Below, in pieces: positions 1-9,041 of a DNA stretch of 55,920 nucleotides. Location: contig JBOGHU010000127.1 in NCBI GenBank assembly GCA_050742255.1, forward strand, positions 1 through 55,920, read 5' to 3'. Each line of letters opens with the position of its first letter. Position 1 is the stretch's first letter. The translations under genes were made by a program, and so were the position numbers. The stretch is from Acidimicrobiales bacterium (lineage in GTDB: Bacteria; Actinomycetota; Acidimicrobiia; Acidimicrobiales; CADCSY01). Under the pieces are notes generated by a model, which worked only from the letters and a program-made list of their open reading frames with translations, was not told the origin of the DNA and ran no database searches.

Positions 1-10
1 CTGCAGGCTC

Positions 11-499
11 CTAGAACGGCTCGTCGCCGAAATCGTCGTAGGCGGCCGGCGCCGGCTCGTTCTGGGCGGGGCGGCCGTAGCCGCCCCCTCCTCCGTCGCC
101 GCCGCCGGGGCCGCCTGAGCCGGCCTCGCGCCGCTGGGTCTTCTCCACCTGGGCCGTGGCCCACCGCAGGCTGGGCCCCACCTCGTCGGCGATGATCTCG
201 ACGACGCTGCGCTTGACCGTGTTGTCGCCTTCCTTGGTCTCGTAGCTGCGCTGCTCCAGGCGCCCGGTGACGATGACCCGGGCCCCCTTCTTGAGCGACG
301 ACGCCGCGTTCTCAGCCATGTCCTGCCAGCACACGACGTCGAAGAAGCTGGTCTTCTCCTGCCACTCGCCGCTGCTGCGGTCCTGCCAGCGCCGGTTCAC
401 GGCCACGCCGAGGCGGGCCTGGGCCTGCCCGTTGGGCGTGAAGCGGAGTTCAGGGTCCCGGGTGACGTTCCCCACGATGGTGATGCTGTTGCCTGACAT
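11..499 (-). CDS. ssb: single-stranded DNA-binding protein
   Basis: ORF 11..646(-) trimmed to the ATG at 499 (MSGNSITIVGNVTRDPELRFT...). OB-fold SSB N-terminus, Gly-rich linker, acidic DDFGDEPF tail. Confidence 0.95.
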   Translation of the reverse strand: MSGNSITIVGNVTRDPELRFTPNGQAQARLGVAVNRRWQDRSSGEWQEKTSFFDVVCWQDMAENAASSLKKGARVIVTGRLEQRSYETKEGDNTVKRSVVEIIADEVGPSLRWATAQVEKTQRREAGSGGPGGGDGGGGGYGRPAQNEPAPAAYDDFGDEPF

Positions 500-626
500 T
501 TCCTCGCTTTTCTCCTTGTCAGACGTCCGCTGCCGGGGCCGCCGCCGGCGCCGCCGCCGAGAGCCGGGTGGGCGAGGACCCCGAGCGCCGCGACCGCACC
601 GAGCCCGATCGGTGACGGGGAGACCG

Positions 627-1628
627 ATGTCACGCCTCCAGCTCACCTATGCCGGCCTCTCCTACCTGGACCGGAGCCAGCCGCTGGAGAGCGGGGCGGT
701 CGAGATCCCCGGCGTCGACCTCAACTACGTCGCCTTCCGCTCCCCGGGCGACCTGTTCCGCCGCCAGTCCCGGGGCGCCGAGTTCCCGTCGTCAGAGATG
801 TCGTTGTCGACGTTCGTGATGCTCGTCGCCCGGGGCGACGACCGCTTCGTGGGCATCCCCGTCTTCATCTCCCGCAACTTCCGACACAGCCAGGTGTACG
901 TCAACGCCGCCAGCGGCGTCTCCCGGCCCGACGACCTCGTCGGTCGCCACGTCGGTGTCGTCGAGTACCAGATGACGGCGGCGCTCTGGGTCCGGGCCTT
1001 CCTCCACCACGACCACGGCGTGGCCCCGGCCGACGTGCGGTGGTGGGAGGGAGGCCTGCTCGAGCCCGGGTTCCAAGAGCGCTTCCCTGTGGAGCTGCCC
1101 CCCGACGTGCGGGTCGGGCGGATCCCCCCCGACCGCACGCTGGAGGGGATGCTCGCATCGGGCGACCTCGACGCGCTGGTCACCGTGCAGCCGCCCCGGG
1201 CCTTCGGCTCCGCCGGCTCGCCGGTGCGGCGGCTCTTCCCCGACCACCGCCGGGTGGAGCGCGAGTACTACGAGCGGACGGGGCTCTTCCCGATAATGCA
1301 CCTCGTCGTGCTCCGGCGCGACGTGTACGAGGCCGACCGGTGGCTGGCGGCCTCGCTCCTCCAGGGCTTCAGCGCCGCCAAGCTCGCCGGGCAGCGACGG
1401 CTCCGGTCGGTGGCCGGCCTGGCGGTGGGGCTCCCGTGGCTGGAGGCCTTCCTCCAGGAGGTGGACGAGCTGTTCGGTGGTGACGCCTTCCCCTACGGCG
1501 TGCCGCGGAACCGCCAGGTGATCGAGGCGGCCTGCCGGTACTCCTACGAGCAGGGGCTGTCGCCCCGGGTGGTCGCGGCCGAGGAGCTGTTCGCCCCCGA
1601 GGTGCTGGTCGACCCCGTCGCGCTCTGA
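627..1628 (+). CDS. PBP2/NMT1-fold protein of the family usually annotated 4,5-dihydroxyphthalate decarboxylase
   Basis: ORF 267..1628 trimmed to ATG 627 (MSRLQLTYAGLSYLDRSQPLESG...). The upstream part of the ORF is antisense to ssb. Family assignment is from recalled similarity only. Confidence 0.6.
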   Translation: MSRLQLTYAGLSYLDRSQPLESGAVEIPGVDLNYVAFRSPGDLFRRQSRGAEFPSSEMSLSTFVMLVARGDDRFVGIPVFISRNFRHSQVYVNAASGVSRPDDLVGRHVGVVEYQMTAALWVRAFLHHDHGVAPADVRWWEGGLLEPGFQERFPVELPPDVRVGRIPPDRTLEGMLASGDLDALVTVQPPRAFGSAGSPVRRLFPDHRRVEREYYERTGLFPIMHLVVLRRDVYEADRWLAASLLQGFSAAKLAGQRRLRSVAGLAVGLPWLEAFLQEVDELFGGDAFPYGVPRNRQVIEAACRYSYEQGLSPRVVAAEELFAPEVLVDPVAL

Positions 1629-1641
1629 GGGAGCCGGGGGG

Positions 1642-2196
1642 CTACGGCTCGTCCAGGGCCGCGATGGAGGCCTCGAGCGCGGCGAGCGCCGACGCCAGCC
1701 CCTGGCGCTGGCGGCCCGACAGGGCGGCGAGCATCTCCTCCTCCTGTCCGAGGTGGGCGCTCACCACCCCGTCGATGAGCTCCAGGCCCTCCGCCGTCAG
1801 CTGCGCGTACATCACCCGCCGGTCGTTGGGGGCCGGCACCCGGTCGATGAGCCCCTGCTGCTCGAGCCTGTCGAGCCGGCCGGTCATCCCCCCCGACGTG
1901 AGCATCGAGGAGCTGGCCAGCTCGGACGGCGTCCGCCGGTAGGGTGGTCCGGCCCGGCGAAGGTTGGCCAGCACGTCGAACGCAGCCGGCGTGAGGTCGT
2001 ACCGGGCCAGCAGCAGCTCCAGCCGGCGGTGAGCCAGGCCGAACACCCGGGTGATGCGCCCGAAGATGCCCATCGGCGACGGGTCGAGGTCGGGGCGCTG
2101 GTGGCGCCACTCCTCGAGGATGGAGTCGACGTGGTCCCCCGTCCCCACCTGTCCTCCCCGGTCAGCGGGCGCCCCGGCGCCCCGTCGATCTGTCAT
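1642..2196 (-). CDS. MarR family transcriptional regulator
   Basis: ATG at 2196. Winged-helix MarR pattern (LTPAAFDVLANLRRAGPPYRRTPSELASSSMLTSGGMTGRLDRLEQQGLIDR). Divergent from the dioxygenase gene. Confidence 0.9.
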   Translation of the reverse strand: MTDRRGAGAPADRGGQVGTGDHVDSILEEWRHQRPDLDPSPMGIFGRITRVFGLAHRRLELLLARYDLTPAAFDVLANLRRAGPPYRRTPSELASSSMLTSGGMTGRLDRLEQQGLIDRVPAPNDRRVMYAQLTAEGLELIDGVVSAHLGQEEEMLAALSGRQRQGLASALAALEASIAALDEP

Positions 2197-2259
2197 GGTC
2201 CAAGAGTCTTGCACAAAGGAAACTTGCGGCTAAGATATTTTCGCCGAAGGAGGTGACGC
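2197..2259. promoter_or_regulatory. divergent MarR/dioxygenase promoter-operator region
   Basis: Locally AT-rich (ctaagatattttcgcc) with repeated CTTGC half-sites. AAGGAGG Shine-Dalgarno 6 nt before the TTG at 2260. Confidence 0.45.
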
Positions 2260-3147
2260 TTGAGGATCACACACTTCCGCCACGTCGCCGTCCGCACCCC
2301 CGGGATCGGGGCCACAGCCGGGTTCTACCAGAAGGTGTGGGGACTGGTGTCCGTCGGCCTCGAAGGCGGCGCCCACTTCCTCCGCACGGGGGCTCCCGAG
2401 CACCACCAGCTCGAGCTCCACCCCGGGAGCGAGCGGCGCATCGATCACCTGGCGCTGGCGGTGGCCGACGAGGGGGAGCTGGTGGGGGCCCACCGCCAGC
2501 TGGGCCAGGCAGGCGTCCGGGTGCTGGGCCCGCCCCGGCCGCTGGGCCGGCCGGGGGGCGGCGTGGGGTTCCGCTTCGTCGACCCCGACGGGCGCGTCAT
2601 CGAGCTGAGCGCCGGCGTCGCCACCCACGCCCCCCTGGCCGGGCCCGACCGGCCGCTCAAGGTCAGCCACGTCGTCCTCAACACCCCCGACATCGACCGG
2701 GCCCACGACCTCTACACGACCGTGCTGGGGTTCCGGGTCTCGGACTGGTCGGAGCACCAGATGGTCTTCCTCCGCTGCGATGACGAGCACCACTGCATCG
2801 CGTTCAACCAGGCGGAGTGGGCGGCGCTCAACCACGTGGCCTACGAGATGGCCGACATCGACCAGGTGATGCGGGGGATCGGGCGCCTCAAGGCGGCCGG
2901 GCACGACCTGCTGTGGGGCCCGGGTCGCCACGGGCCGGGCAACAACGTCTTCGCCTACTTCCAGGACCCGGGGGGGTCCGTGTGCGAGTACACCTCCGAG
3001 GTCCTCCGCATCGACGAGGGCTCGTGGGAGCCCAAGGTGTGGGAGAGGCGGCCCGACCTGATGGACCGCTGGGGGACCAGCGGACCGCCCCGGCCCGAGG
3101 CCCGCGTCGCCATGGCGGGGACGCCCGACCCGGGGTACCAGCCATGA
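2260..3147 (+). CDS. extradiol ring-cleavage dioxygenase (two-domain VOC/glyoxalase superfamily, catechol 2,3-dioxygenase-like)
   Basis: TTG start with a strong RBS. Duplicated VOC modules (ITHFRHVAVRTP..., VSHVVLNTPDIDRAHDLY..., NHVAYEM..., GPGRHGPGNNVFAYFQDPGG..EY). Confidence 0.85.
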   Translation: MRITHFRHVAVRTPGIGATAGFYQKVWGLVSVGLEGGAHFLRTGAPEHHQLELHPGSERRIDHLALAVADEGELVGAHRQLGQAGVRVLGPPRPLGRPGGGVGFRFVDPDGRVIELSAGVATHAPLAGPDRPLKVSHVVLNTPDIDRAHDLYTTVLGFRVSDWSEHQMVFLRCDDEHHCIAFNQAEWAALNHVAYEMADIDQVMRGIGRLKAAGHDLLWGPGRHGPGNNVFAYFQDPGGSVCEYTSEVLRIDEGSWEPKVWERRPDLMDRWGTSGPPRPEARVAMAGTPDPGYQP

Positions 3148-3190
3148 CCACCGGCGCGCTCCACCTGAGCCACCACCAGCCACGGTAGGC

Positions 3191-4273
3191 ATGATGCCGC
3201 GAGCCCTGAAGGTGCCGGCAGCCCTGTTCGTCATCGCCGACGTCGCCGCCGCCTGCGGCGACGGCGGGACCCCGCAGCGCGGGGTCGGCGACGGCGCCGG
3301 CGAGCAGGCCGCCGACCGCGCCCGGTGCGAGGACGTCGACCTCAGCCGGGCACCTGACCGGCCCACCACGATCCGCTTCGGGCACGGCGCCGCCGCCGAG
3401 GAGCAGGTCTGGCTCATGGCGGCCGAGCCGGAGATCACCGAGCACCAGGGCACCTGGTACGAGCTGGAGCCCAGCGCCTTCCGGGGCAACGAGGAGCGCT
3501 TCGTGGCCTACCAGGCCGGAGAGCTCGACGCCCTCACCGTGTCGGCGCCGACCCTGGTGAGGGCCGTCGCCCAGAGGATCGGCGTGAAGGCGGTCGTGAC
3601 GGTCACCCGGGAGTCGGCCGAGGGCTTCCGGACCACGTTCCTGGCCCTCGAGGACAGCGGCATCAGCGACGCCGGCGACCTGTCTGGCAAGAAGATCGGG
3701 ATCGTGGACATCGGCTCCGCCACGGAGTACTGGGCCAAGTCGGGCGTCGCCGCCGCCGGGCTCGATCCGGAGAGGGACGTCGAGTACGTGGTGCTGCCGT
3801 TCCCGGCCCAGGGAGAGGCGCTCCGCAACGGCCAGATCGACGCCGCGGTGATGGTCGAGCCCTTCTACACCATGGCCCACCAGGGCGGCGGCGTGGTCGA
3901 CGTCTTCGACTCGCTCGACGGCCCCGGCTTCGACCAGGAGCTGATCCTGTTCGCGTTCGACAACGGGTTCCGGGAGGAGAACCCGGAGGTGGTCTGCGCC
4001 TGGATCGAGGACTTCCAGACCGCGACCGACTGGTACGAGGCGAACACCGACGAGGCCAAGAAGGTCCTGGCAGAGGGTGAGTGGGTCCGCACCCCGGTCG
4101 AGATCTACACTCGGGCCGGCGACTGGCTCCATCCCGACGGCGGCGTCGTCGACGTCGAGGGGCTCGACCGCCTGGTCGACTCGATGATCGAGTTCGGCGT
4201 CCTCGACGAGGACCAGCGTGTCGCCGCCGAGGAGATGGTGGCGGTCGACTTCGCCCCGGCGGAGGGGGGTTGA
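3191..4273 (+). CDS. ABC transporter substrate-binding lipoprotein (NMT1/THI5, nitrate/sulfonate/bicarbonate-type)
   Basis: N-terminal signal with a lipobox-like VAAAC. NMT1-like body. First gene of an SBP-ATPase-permease-permease array. Confidence 0.8.
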   Translation: MMPRALKVPAALFVIADVAAACGDGGTPQRGVGDGAGEQAADRARCEDVDLSRAPDRPTTIRFGHGAAAEEQVWLMAAEPEITEHQGTWYELEPSAFRGNEERFVAYQAGELDALTVSAPTLVRAVAQRIGVKAVVTVTRESAEGFRTTFLALEDSGISDAGDLSGKKIGIVDIGSATEYWAKSGVAAAGLDPERDVEYVVLPFPAQGEALRNGQIDAAVMVEPFYTMAHQGGGVVDVFDSLDGPGFDQELILFAFDNGFREENPEVVCAWIEDFQTATDWYEANTDEAKKVLAEGEWVRTPVEIYTRAGDWLHPDGGVVDVEGLDRLVDSMIEFGVLDEDQRVAAEEMVAVDFAPAEGG

Positions 4274-4319
4274 GCCGATCGGGGCTTCGGTCCGGCCGGC
4301 GGCGACGAGGGGACCCATC

Positions 4320-5147
4320 GTGCAACCTGCATTGGAGATCCGGAACCTCGACAAGCGGTTCTCGAGGGGAGCCCTCGTCGTCGAGGCCCTCCGCGACCTG
4401 ACGCTGACGGTCGAGGACGGCGAGCTCCTCACCGTCCTCGGCCCCAGCGGCTGCGGCAAGAGCACGCTCCTGCACATCATCGGCGGCTTCGAGTCGGCCA
4501 CCTCGGGGGAGGTCCTCCTCCACGGTCGTCCGGTCCACAAGCCGGGCCGCGACCGGGGGATGGTGTTCCAGCAGGCCACCTTGCTCCCGTGGAAGTCGGT
4601 CCTGGGCAACGTCGCCTGGTCCTACGAGGTGGCCAGGACGCCCAGGCGGGAGGCCCGTGAGCGGGCCGCCGACCTGCTGCGGCTCGTCGGCCTCGAGGCG
4701 TTCGCCGACGCCTACCCCGGCGAGCTGTCGGGCGGCATGCGCCAGCGCGCCGCCCTCGCCCGCACCCTGGCGCTGGAGCCTCAGGTCCTGCTCATGGACG
4801 AGCCCTTCGGGGCGCTCGACGCCCAGACCCGCGAGGTCATGCAGGAGGAGCTAAACCGGATCTGGCAGGAGTCGGCGGTGACGGTGGTGTTCATCACCCA
4901 CGACATCTACGAGGCGATCTTCCTCGGCGACCGCGTGGCGGTGATGAGCCCGCGCCCGGGCCGGATCGCCGAGGTCGTCGAGATCGAGCTGCCCCGGCCC
5001 CGGACCAACGAGGTGAAGAAGCGACCCGAGTTCATCGGGTACCACGGCCTGTTCTGGGATCTCCTCCGTCCTGACGCCGCCGGTGACAGCCGATCGGCCC
5101 CGCCCGCCCGGGACGTCGCCGCCCAGACCACCGCGCCCTCGCCGTGA
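4320..5147 (+). CDS. ABC transporter ATP-binding protein (NitT/TauT family)
   Basis: In-frame GTG at 4320. Walker A GPSGCGKST, signature LSGGMRQR, Walker B LLMDEPFGALD. Confidence 0.9.
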   Translation: MQPALEIRNLDKRFSRGALVVEALRDLTLTVEDGELLTVLGPSGCGKSTLLHIIGGFESATSGEVLLHGRPVHKPGRDRGMVFQQATLLPWKSVLGNVAWSYEVARTPRREARERAADLLRLVGLEAFADAYPGELSGGMRQRAALARTLALEPQVLLMDEPFGALDAQTREVMQEELNRIWQESAVTVVFITHDIYEAIFLGDRVAVMSPRPGRIAEVVEIELPRPRTNEVKKRPEFIGYHGLFWDLLRPDAAGDSRSAPPARDVAAQTTAPSP

Positions 5148-5992
5148 GCGTCACGGCCGAGGCGTCCCCCGCCGCCCGCCCCGACGCGGCCACCGTCGGG
5201 CCGGCACGTCGCGTCGGGGAGTGGATGCTGGACCGTCGCTGGCCCACGACGCTCGCGTTCGTGTCGCTCGTCACCCTGGCGTGGCAGCTGCTGGGGGAGC
5301 TGGGACGCCTTCCCGCCTACGTGCTGGCGCCCGCCCAGATCGTGGTGGCGGTGATCGAGCACCTGGGCGACGGGACGCTCGGCCCGGCGACGGTCTCGAG
5401 CCTGCAGCGGCTCGGGATGGGCTTCTCGATCGGAGCCGGGCTCGGCGTGCTCGTCGGCCTCCTCGCCGGCGTCAGGCGGGTGGCGGAGGACATCGCCGAC
5501 CCGATCGTCTCCCTGACCTACCCGTTGCCGAAGATCGCCCTCTTCCCGGTGTTCGCGGTGTGGCTGGGGTTCAGCGACCGGGCCCGCATCCTCACCATCG
5601 CCCTGGCCTGCTTCTACCCGGCGTTCGTGAACTCGCTCAGCGGGACTCGCGCCATCGACCGCCAGCTCGTCTGGGTGGCCGCCAACCTGGGGGCCTCGGC
5701 GGTGCGCACGTTCTTCGCCGTAATCCTGCCCGCCGCCCTCCCCCGGGTGCTGGTCGGCGTTCGGATCAGCCTGGCGCTCTCTTTCGTGCTGCTGTTCTCG
5801 ACCGAGGCGATCGCGTCGCGCGAGGGGCTCGGCTTCTTCGTGTTCGAGGGCTACCTCAACGTCCGCTACGACCTGATGTACGCGGCCATCGCCCTCCTCG
5901 GGCTGCTCGGGTTCCTCGCCGACCGGGTTCTCCTGCTCGCCGGCGGCTGGCTGACGCGTGGGCAGGCGATCGAGGCGGTGGGCCGTGGCTAG
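5144..5992 (+). CDS. ABC transporter permease
   Basis: GTGA start/stop overlap with the ATPase gene. Polytopic protein with an EAA-like loop region (BPD_transp_1 type). Confidence 0.85.
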   Translation: MSVTAEASPAARPDAATVGPARRVGEWMLDRRWPTTLAFVSLVTLAWQLLGELGRLPAYVLAPAQIVVAVIEHLGDGTLGPATVSSLQRLGMGFSIGAGLGVLVGLLAGVRRVAEDIADPIVSLTYPLPKIALFPVFAVWLGFSDRARILTIALACFYPAFVNSLSGTRAIDRQLVWVAANLGASAVRTFFAVILPAALPRVLVGVRISLALSFVLLFSTEAIASREGLGFFVFEGYLNVRYDLMYAAIALLGLLGFLADRVLLLAGGWLTRGQAIEAVGRG

Positions 5993-6017
5993 CGCCGCCC
6001 AGCGCAGGGGCGGGGCG

Positions 6018-6785
6018 ATGCCCAGGCCGCCGCTGGCGAACCGTCGGCTGCGTCGCACGCTCGTCGTGATCGCGGCCTTCGTCGTGTGGGAGGTCCTCGC
6101 CCGGCGGGCCTCGTCCCCGCTGATGCCCACCGTCGGGACGATCGTCGAGCGCCTGGTGGAGGACATCCGGTCGGGCCTGATCTGGCGCCACGCCCAGGTG
6201 ACGCTGCTGCGCGGGTTCGTCGGGTTCGGGATCGCCGTCGTCGGTGGGATCACGCTGGGCATCGGGATGGCCCGCAGCCGCCTGATCGAGGCGGCGGTGG
6301 AGCCCCTGCTGGCCGCCACCTACCCGATCCCCAAGCTCGCCCTCTACCCCATCTTCATCCTGTGGCTCGGCCTCGGGGCGGGATCCAAGATCGCCCTGGT
6401 CGCCCTCGAGACCGTCTATCCCATCGCCTACAACACCTACTCCGGGGCGCGCTCGGTGGACAAGACCCAGATGTGGGCGGTCATGAACGCCGGGGCGTCG
6501 AGGGCGCGCGTCATCCGCTCCGTCGTGCTGCGGGCCTCCCTGCCGTCGATCCTCGCCGGCATACGCATCGCCCTGCCCATCATGCTCGTCGTCATGGTCG
6601 TGACCGAGCTCATCGGCGAGAGCCTCGGCCTGGGCTTCCTCATCCGCTCCGCCGGCACGCGCTTCGAGCCGGAGGGAGCCCTGGCCGTCGTCCTCGTGCT
6701 GGGCGCCATCGGGTTCGTGCTCGACCGGCTCACGGTCGTGGCCACGCGCGTCTTCGCCTTCTGGGAGAGGGGAGTGGAGCTGTGA
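6018..6785 (+). CDS. ABC transporter permease (second subunit)
   Basis: ORF 5958..6785; ATG 6018 preferred. Paralogous to the preceding permease (YPIPKLALYPIFILWLG versus YPLPKIALFPVFAVWLG). Confidence 0.85.
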   Translation: MPRPPLANRRLRRTLVVIAAFVVWEVLARRASSPLMPTVGTIVERLVEDIRSGLIWRHAQVTLLRGFVGFGIAVVGGITLGIGMARSRLIEAAVEPLLAATYPIPKLALYPIFILWLGLGAGSKIALVALETVYPIAYNTYSGARSVDKTQMWAVMNAGASRARVIRSVVLRASLPSILAGIRIALPIMLVVMVVTELIGESLGLGFLIRSAGTRFEPEGALAVVLVLGAIGFVLDRLTVVATRVFAFWERGVEL

Positions 6786-7498
6786 CCGTGCCCGAGAGCG
6801 AGCCGTGGTCGAGCTTCCTCACCGAGCGTGACCGGAAGGTGTTCGCGGCGTCGGGCTACGGGGCCCGGGGCCGGCTCGGCAGCCGCCCCGTGGTCCTGGT
6901 CGTCGACGTCAACGTCGACTTCGTCGGCGACCGGCCACGACCGGTGCTGGAGTCCATCCAGCGGTTCCCCAACAGCTGCGGCGAGGAGGCGTGGGACGCC
7001 ATGGCCAACCTGTCGCCGCTGCTCGACGCCGCCCGCACCGCCGGAGTCCCCGTCGTCTACACCACCAACGACCCCGCCCACCCGTTCCTCGAGCAGGTGG
7101 CCTGGGGGCGGAAGAGCTCCCGGCTCGGCCGCCGCCGCGCCGAGCACGGCCGGCGGCTCTCGGAGATCCCGTACCCGGTGTCCCCCGTCGGTGACGACGT
7201 CGTCGTCGTGAAGACCAGGCCGAGCGCCTTCTTCGGCACGCCGCTCCTGCAGTACCTCGTGGCGTGGGGGACCGACACGGTGCTCTGCTGCGGCGCCACG
7301 ACGAGCGGGTGCGTGCGGGCGACCGTCGTCGACGCCTTCTCGCACGGCTTCGCCGTGCAGGTGGTCACCGACTGCACCTTCGACCGTGGGCAGGCGTCAC
7401 ACGCCCTGTCCCTGTTCGACATGGGCCAGAAGTACGCCGACCTGGTGTCGTCGCACCAGCTGGTCGCCCAGCTCCGCGCCCTGGCCGGGCGCGGCTGA
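6782..7498 (+). CDS. isochorismatase-family cysteine hydrolase
   Basis: GTG 6782 overlaps the permease stop (GTGA). VVLVVDVNVDF, TRPSAFFGT and CCGATTSGCVRAT motifs typical of isochorismatase/nicotinamidase-like hydrolases. Confidence 0.85.
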   Translation: MTVPESEPWSSFLTERDRKVFAASGYGARGRLGSRPVVLVVDVNVDFVGDRPRPVLESIQRFPNSCGEEAWDAMANLSPLLDAARTAGVPVVYTTNDPAHPFLEQVAWGRKSSRLGRRRAEHGRRLSEIPYPVSPVGDDVVVVKTRPSAFFGTPLLQYLVAWGTDTVLCCGATTSGCVRATVVDAFSHGFAVQVVTDCTFDRGQASHALSLFDMGQKYADLVSSHQLVAQLRALAGRG

Positions 7499-7673
7499 GC
7501 TCACCCGGTCGCCGCCTGGGGGTCTCAGCGCGTCGGGCCTGGCGTGGAGCGGTCGGATCGCGCCCATTCGTGCAGGGCGGGCGGCTCCGCCCCTGCTGCT
7601 CCGCCCGTCAGGGAATGGGCGAGGAGGCTTCCCGGGTTCCCCCGGTGACGCATGCTCGAGGAGGGGATCGACG

Positions 7674-8210
7674 ATGGAGGACTTCAACCTGATCGCCGCC
7701 TTGGTCGCCGGGTTCGTCGGCACGGTGGTGATGTCGGCGATGATGACGATGGCGGCATCGGCGAAGGTGACCGACATGCCACCCATGGCGCTCGTCACGG
7801 GAGCGATGATGACCGGCGACCGTCGCCGAGCCACGGCGATCGGCTCGGTCGTGCACTACCTGATGATGGGCACCGTGGTGTTCGGCATCGTCTACGGCCT
7901 CCTGTTCGACGCCTTCGACTCCGCCAGCTGGCTGGTCGGCGTGGCGATAGGGCTGGCCCACGGCGCGATCGTCGGGCTCGTTTTCATGCCGATGATGCCA
8001 CTCATGCACCCGAGGATGGAGCACGACCTGGTCGGCGCCGGCACGCCCGCCGAGCGCGCCACGGTGGCCACCGATTCCCGGGGGGAGGTGCACCTGTCCG
8101 CACCCGGCGTGCTGGGCAAGGGCTGGGGTTCCATGACCCCGGCGGGCATCCTCATCGGTCATGCCGTCTACGGGGTCGTCCTCGCCCTCGTGTACGGCTG
8201 GATCAACTGA
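7674..8210 (+). CDS. hypothetical integral membrane protein
   Basis: ATG 7674 preceded by GAGGAGGGG. About four hydrophobic, Met-rich segments. No family recognised. Confidence 0.6.
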   Translation: MEDFNLIAALVAGFVGTVVMSAMMTMAASAKVTDMPPMALVTGAMMTGDRRRATAIGSVVHYLMMGTVVFGIVYGLLFDAFDSASWLVGVAIGLAHGAIVGLVFMPMMPLMHPRMEHDLVGAGTPAERATVATDSRGEVHLSAPGVLGKGWGSMTPAGILIGHAVYGVVLALVYGWIN

Positions 8211-8228
8211 CCGGCGCCCAAGGCACCC

Positions 8229-8522
8229 TCAGTCGACCGGAAGGCGGGCCAGCAACTCGGCTTTCTGCGCCTCGAAGTCCTCGTAGCTCATCGTCCCGGC
8301 CTCGAACCGCTGGTGGACAGCCTCGATGCGCCGGAGCAGCTCGGCGGCCGTCAGCTCGTGGCTCTCGCGCCTCGCAGGCGCGTCGAGCCGCCGCCCGGGG
8401 TCTTCGGGCGTGGCGGCGTCCGGATCAGCCCGTTCCTGGCGCTGCTCCCGCTTGGCGGCCGCCTTGGCCTTCTTGGCTCGATCTCGTTGGAGCTTGGCGA
8501 AGCTGGATCGGTGGCTGCCCAT
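8229..8522 (-). CDS. small hypothetical protein with SHOCT-like C-terminus
   Basis: ATG 8522 with a GGAGA RBS. Lys/Arg-rich N-terminus. C-terminal MSYEDFEAQKAELLARL resembles the SHOCT motif. Confidence 0.6.
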   Translation of the reverse strand: MGSHRSSFAKLQRDRAKKAKAAAKREQRQERADPDAATPEDPGRRLDAPARRESHELTAAELLRRIEAVHQRFEAGTMSYEDFEAQKAELLARLPVD

Positions 8523-8620
8523 TGGATCGGATCTCCTTCCGCGCGGGCGGGGGCGGCAGGGCCAGGGCCCCGGATCGGCTGCCGGGGCACCGGCGGTCCC
8601 GACCGCGCTGCTGGAATGAC

Positions 8621-8650
8621 GCAGCCGCCGGCATGGCTGCCGGCGGCTGC
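8621..8650 (-). terminator. intrinsic-terminator-like hairpin downstream of cspA
   Basis: Perfect 13-bp stem gcagccgccggca / tgccggcggctgc with a 4-nt loop, 19 nt past the cspA stop. On the minus strand it is followed by GUCAUUCC. Confidence 0.6.
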
Positions 8651-8668
8651 ACGGGTGGTGCTCAGGGC

Positions 8669-8869
8669 TCAGATCGGCCGGACGTTCTGGGCCTCCTCAC
8701 CTTTGCGACCCGGGGCCACGTCGAACTCGACGTGCTGGCCCTCCTCGAGCGAGCGGTAACCGCTCCCCTGGATGTTGGAATAGTGGACGAAGACGTCATC
8801 GCCCTGCTCACGAGAGATGAAGCCGAAGCCCTTCTCTGCGTTGAAGAACTTCACGGTTCCAGTTGCCAT
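8669..8869 (-). CDS. cspA: cold-shock protein (CspA family)
   Basis: [33 protein letters not shown]... carries the RNP1 (KGFGFI) and RNP2 (VFVHY) motifs. Confidence 0.97.
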   Translation of the reverse strand: MATGTVKFFNAEKGFGFISREQGDDVFVHYSNIQGSGYRSLEEGQHVEFDVAPGRKGEEAQNVRPI

Positions 8870-9041
8870 CGTTGTTCTCTTCTCTTCTCTTCACTGCGAG
8901 CAAGTCCCACTGACCTCCTCGTCCCCGCCACTCTAGCGCCGCAACAGGAGGCGGCACTGACTCAGGGAACCGGGGGGACAGGACGGCGGCGCCACACCGG
9001 CGACGCACGCCGGCCCACGGGATGGCTGCGATGATGGCTGG

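Noticed and set aside
267-626. N-terminal 120 codons of ORF 267..1628.
   Set aside because: This stretch is antisense to ssb with a low-complexity translation. The protein-like sequence starts at ATG 627.
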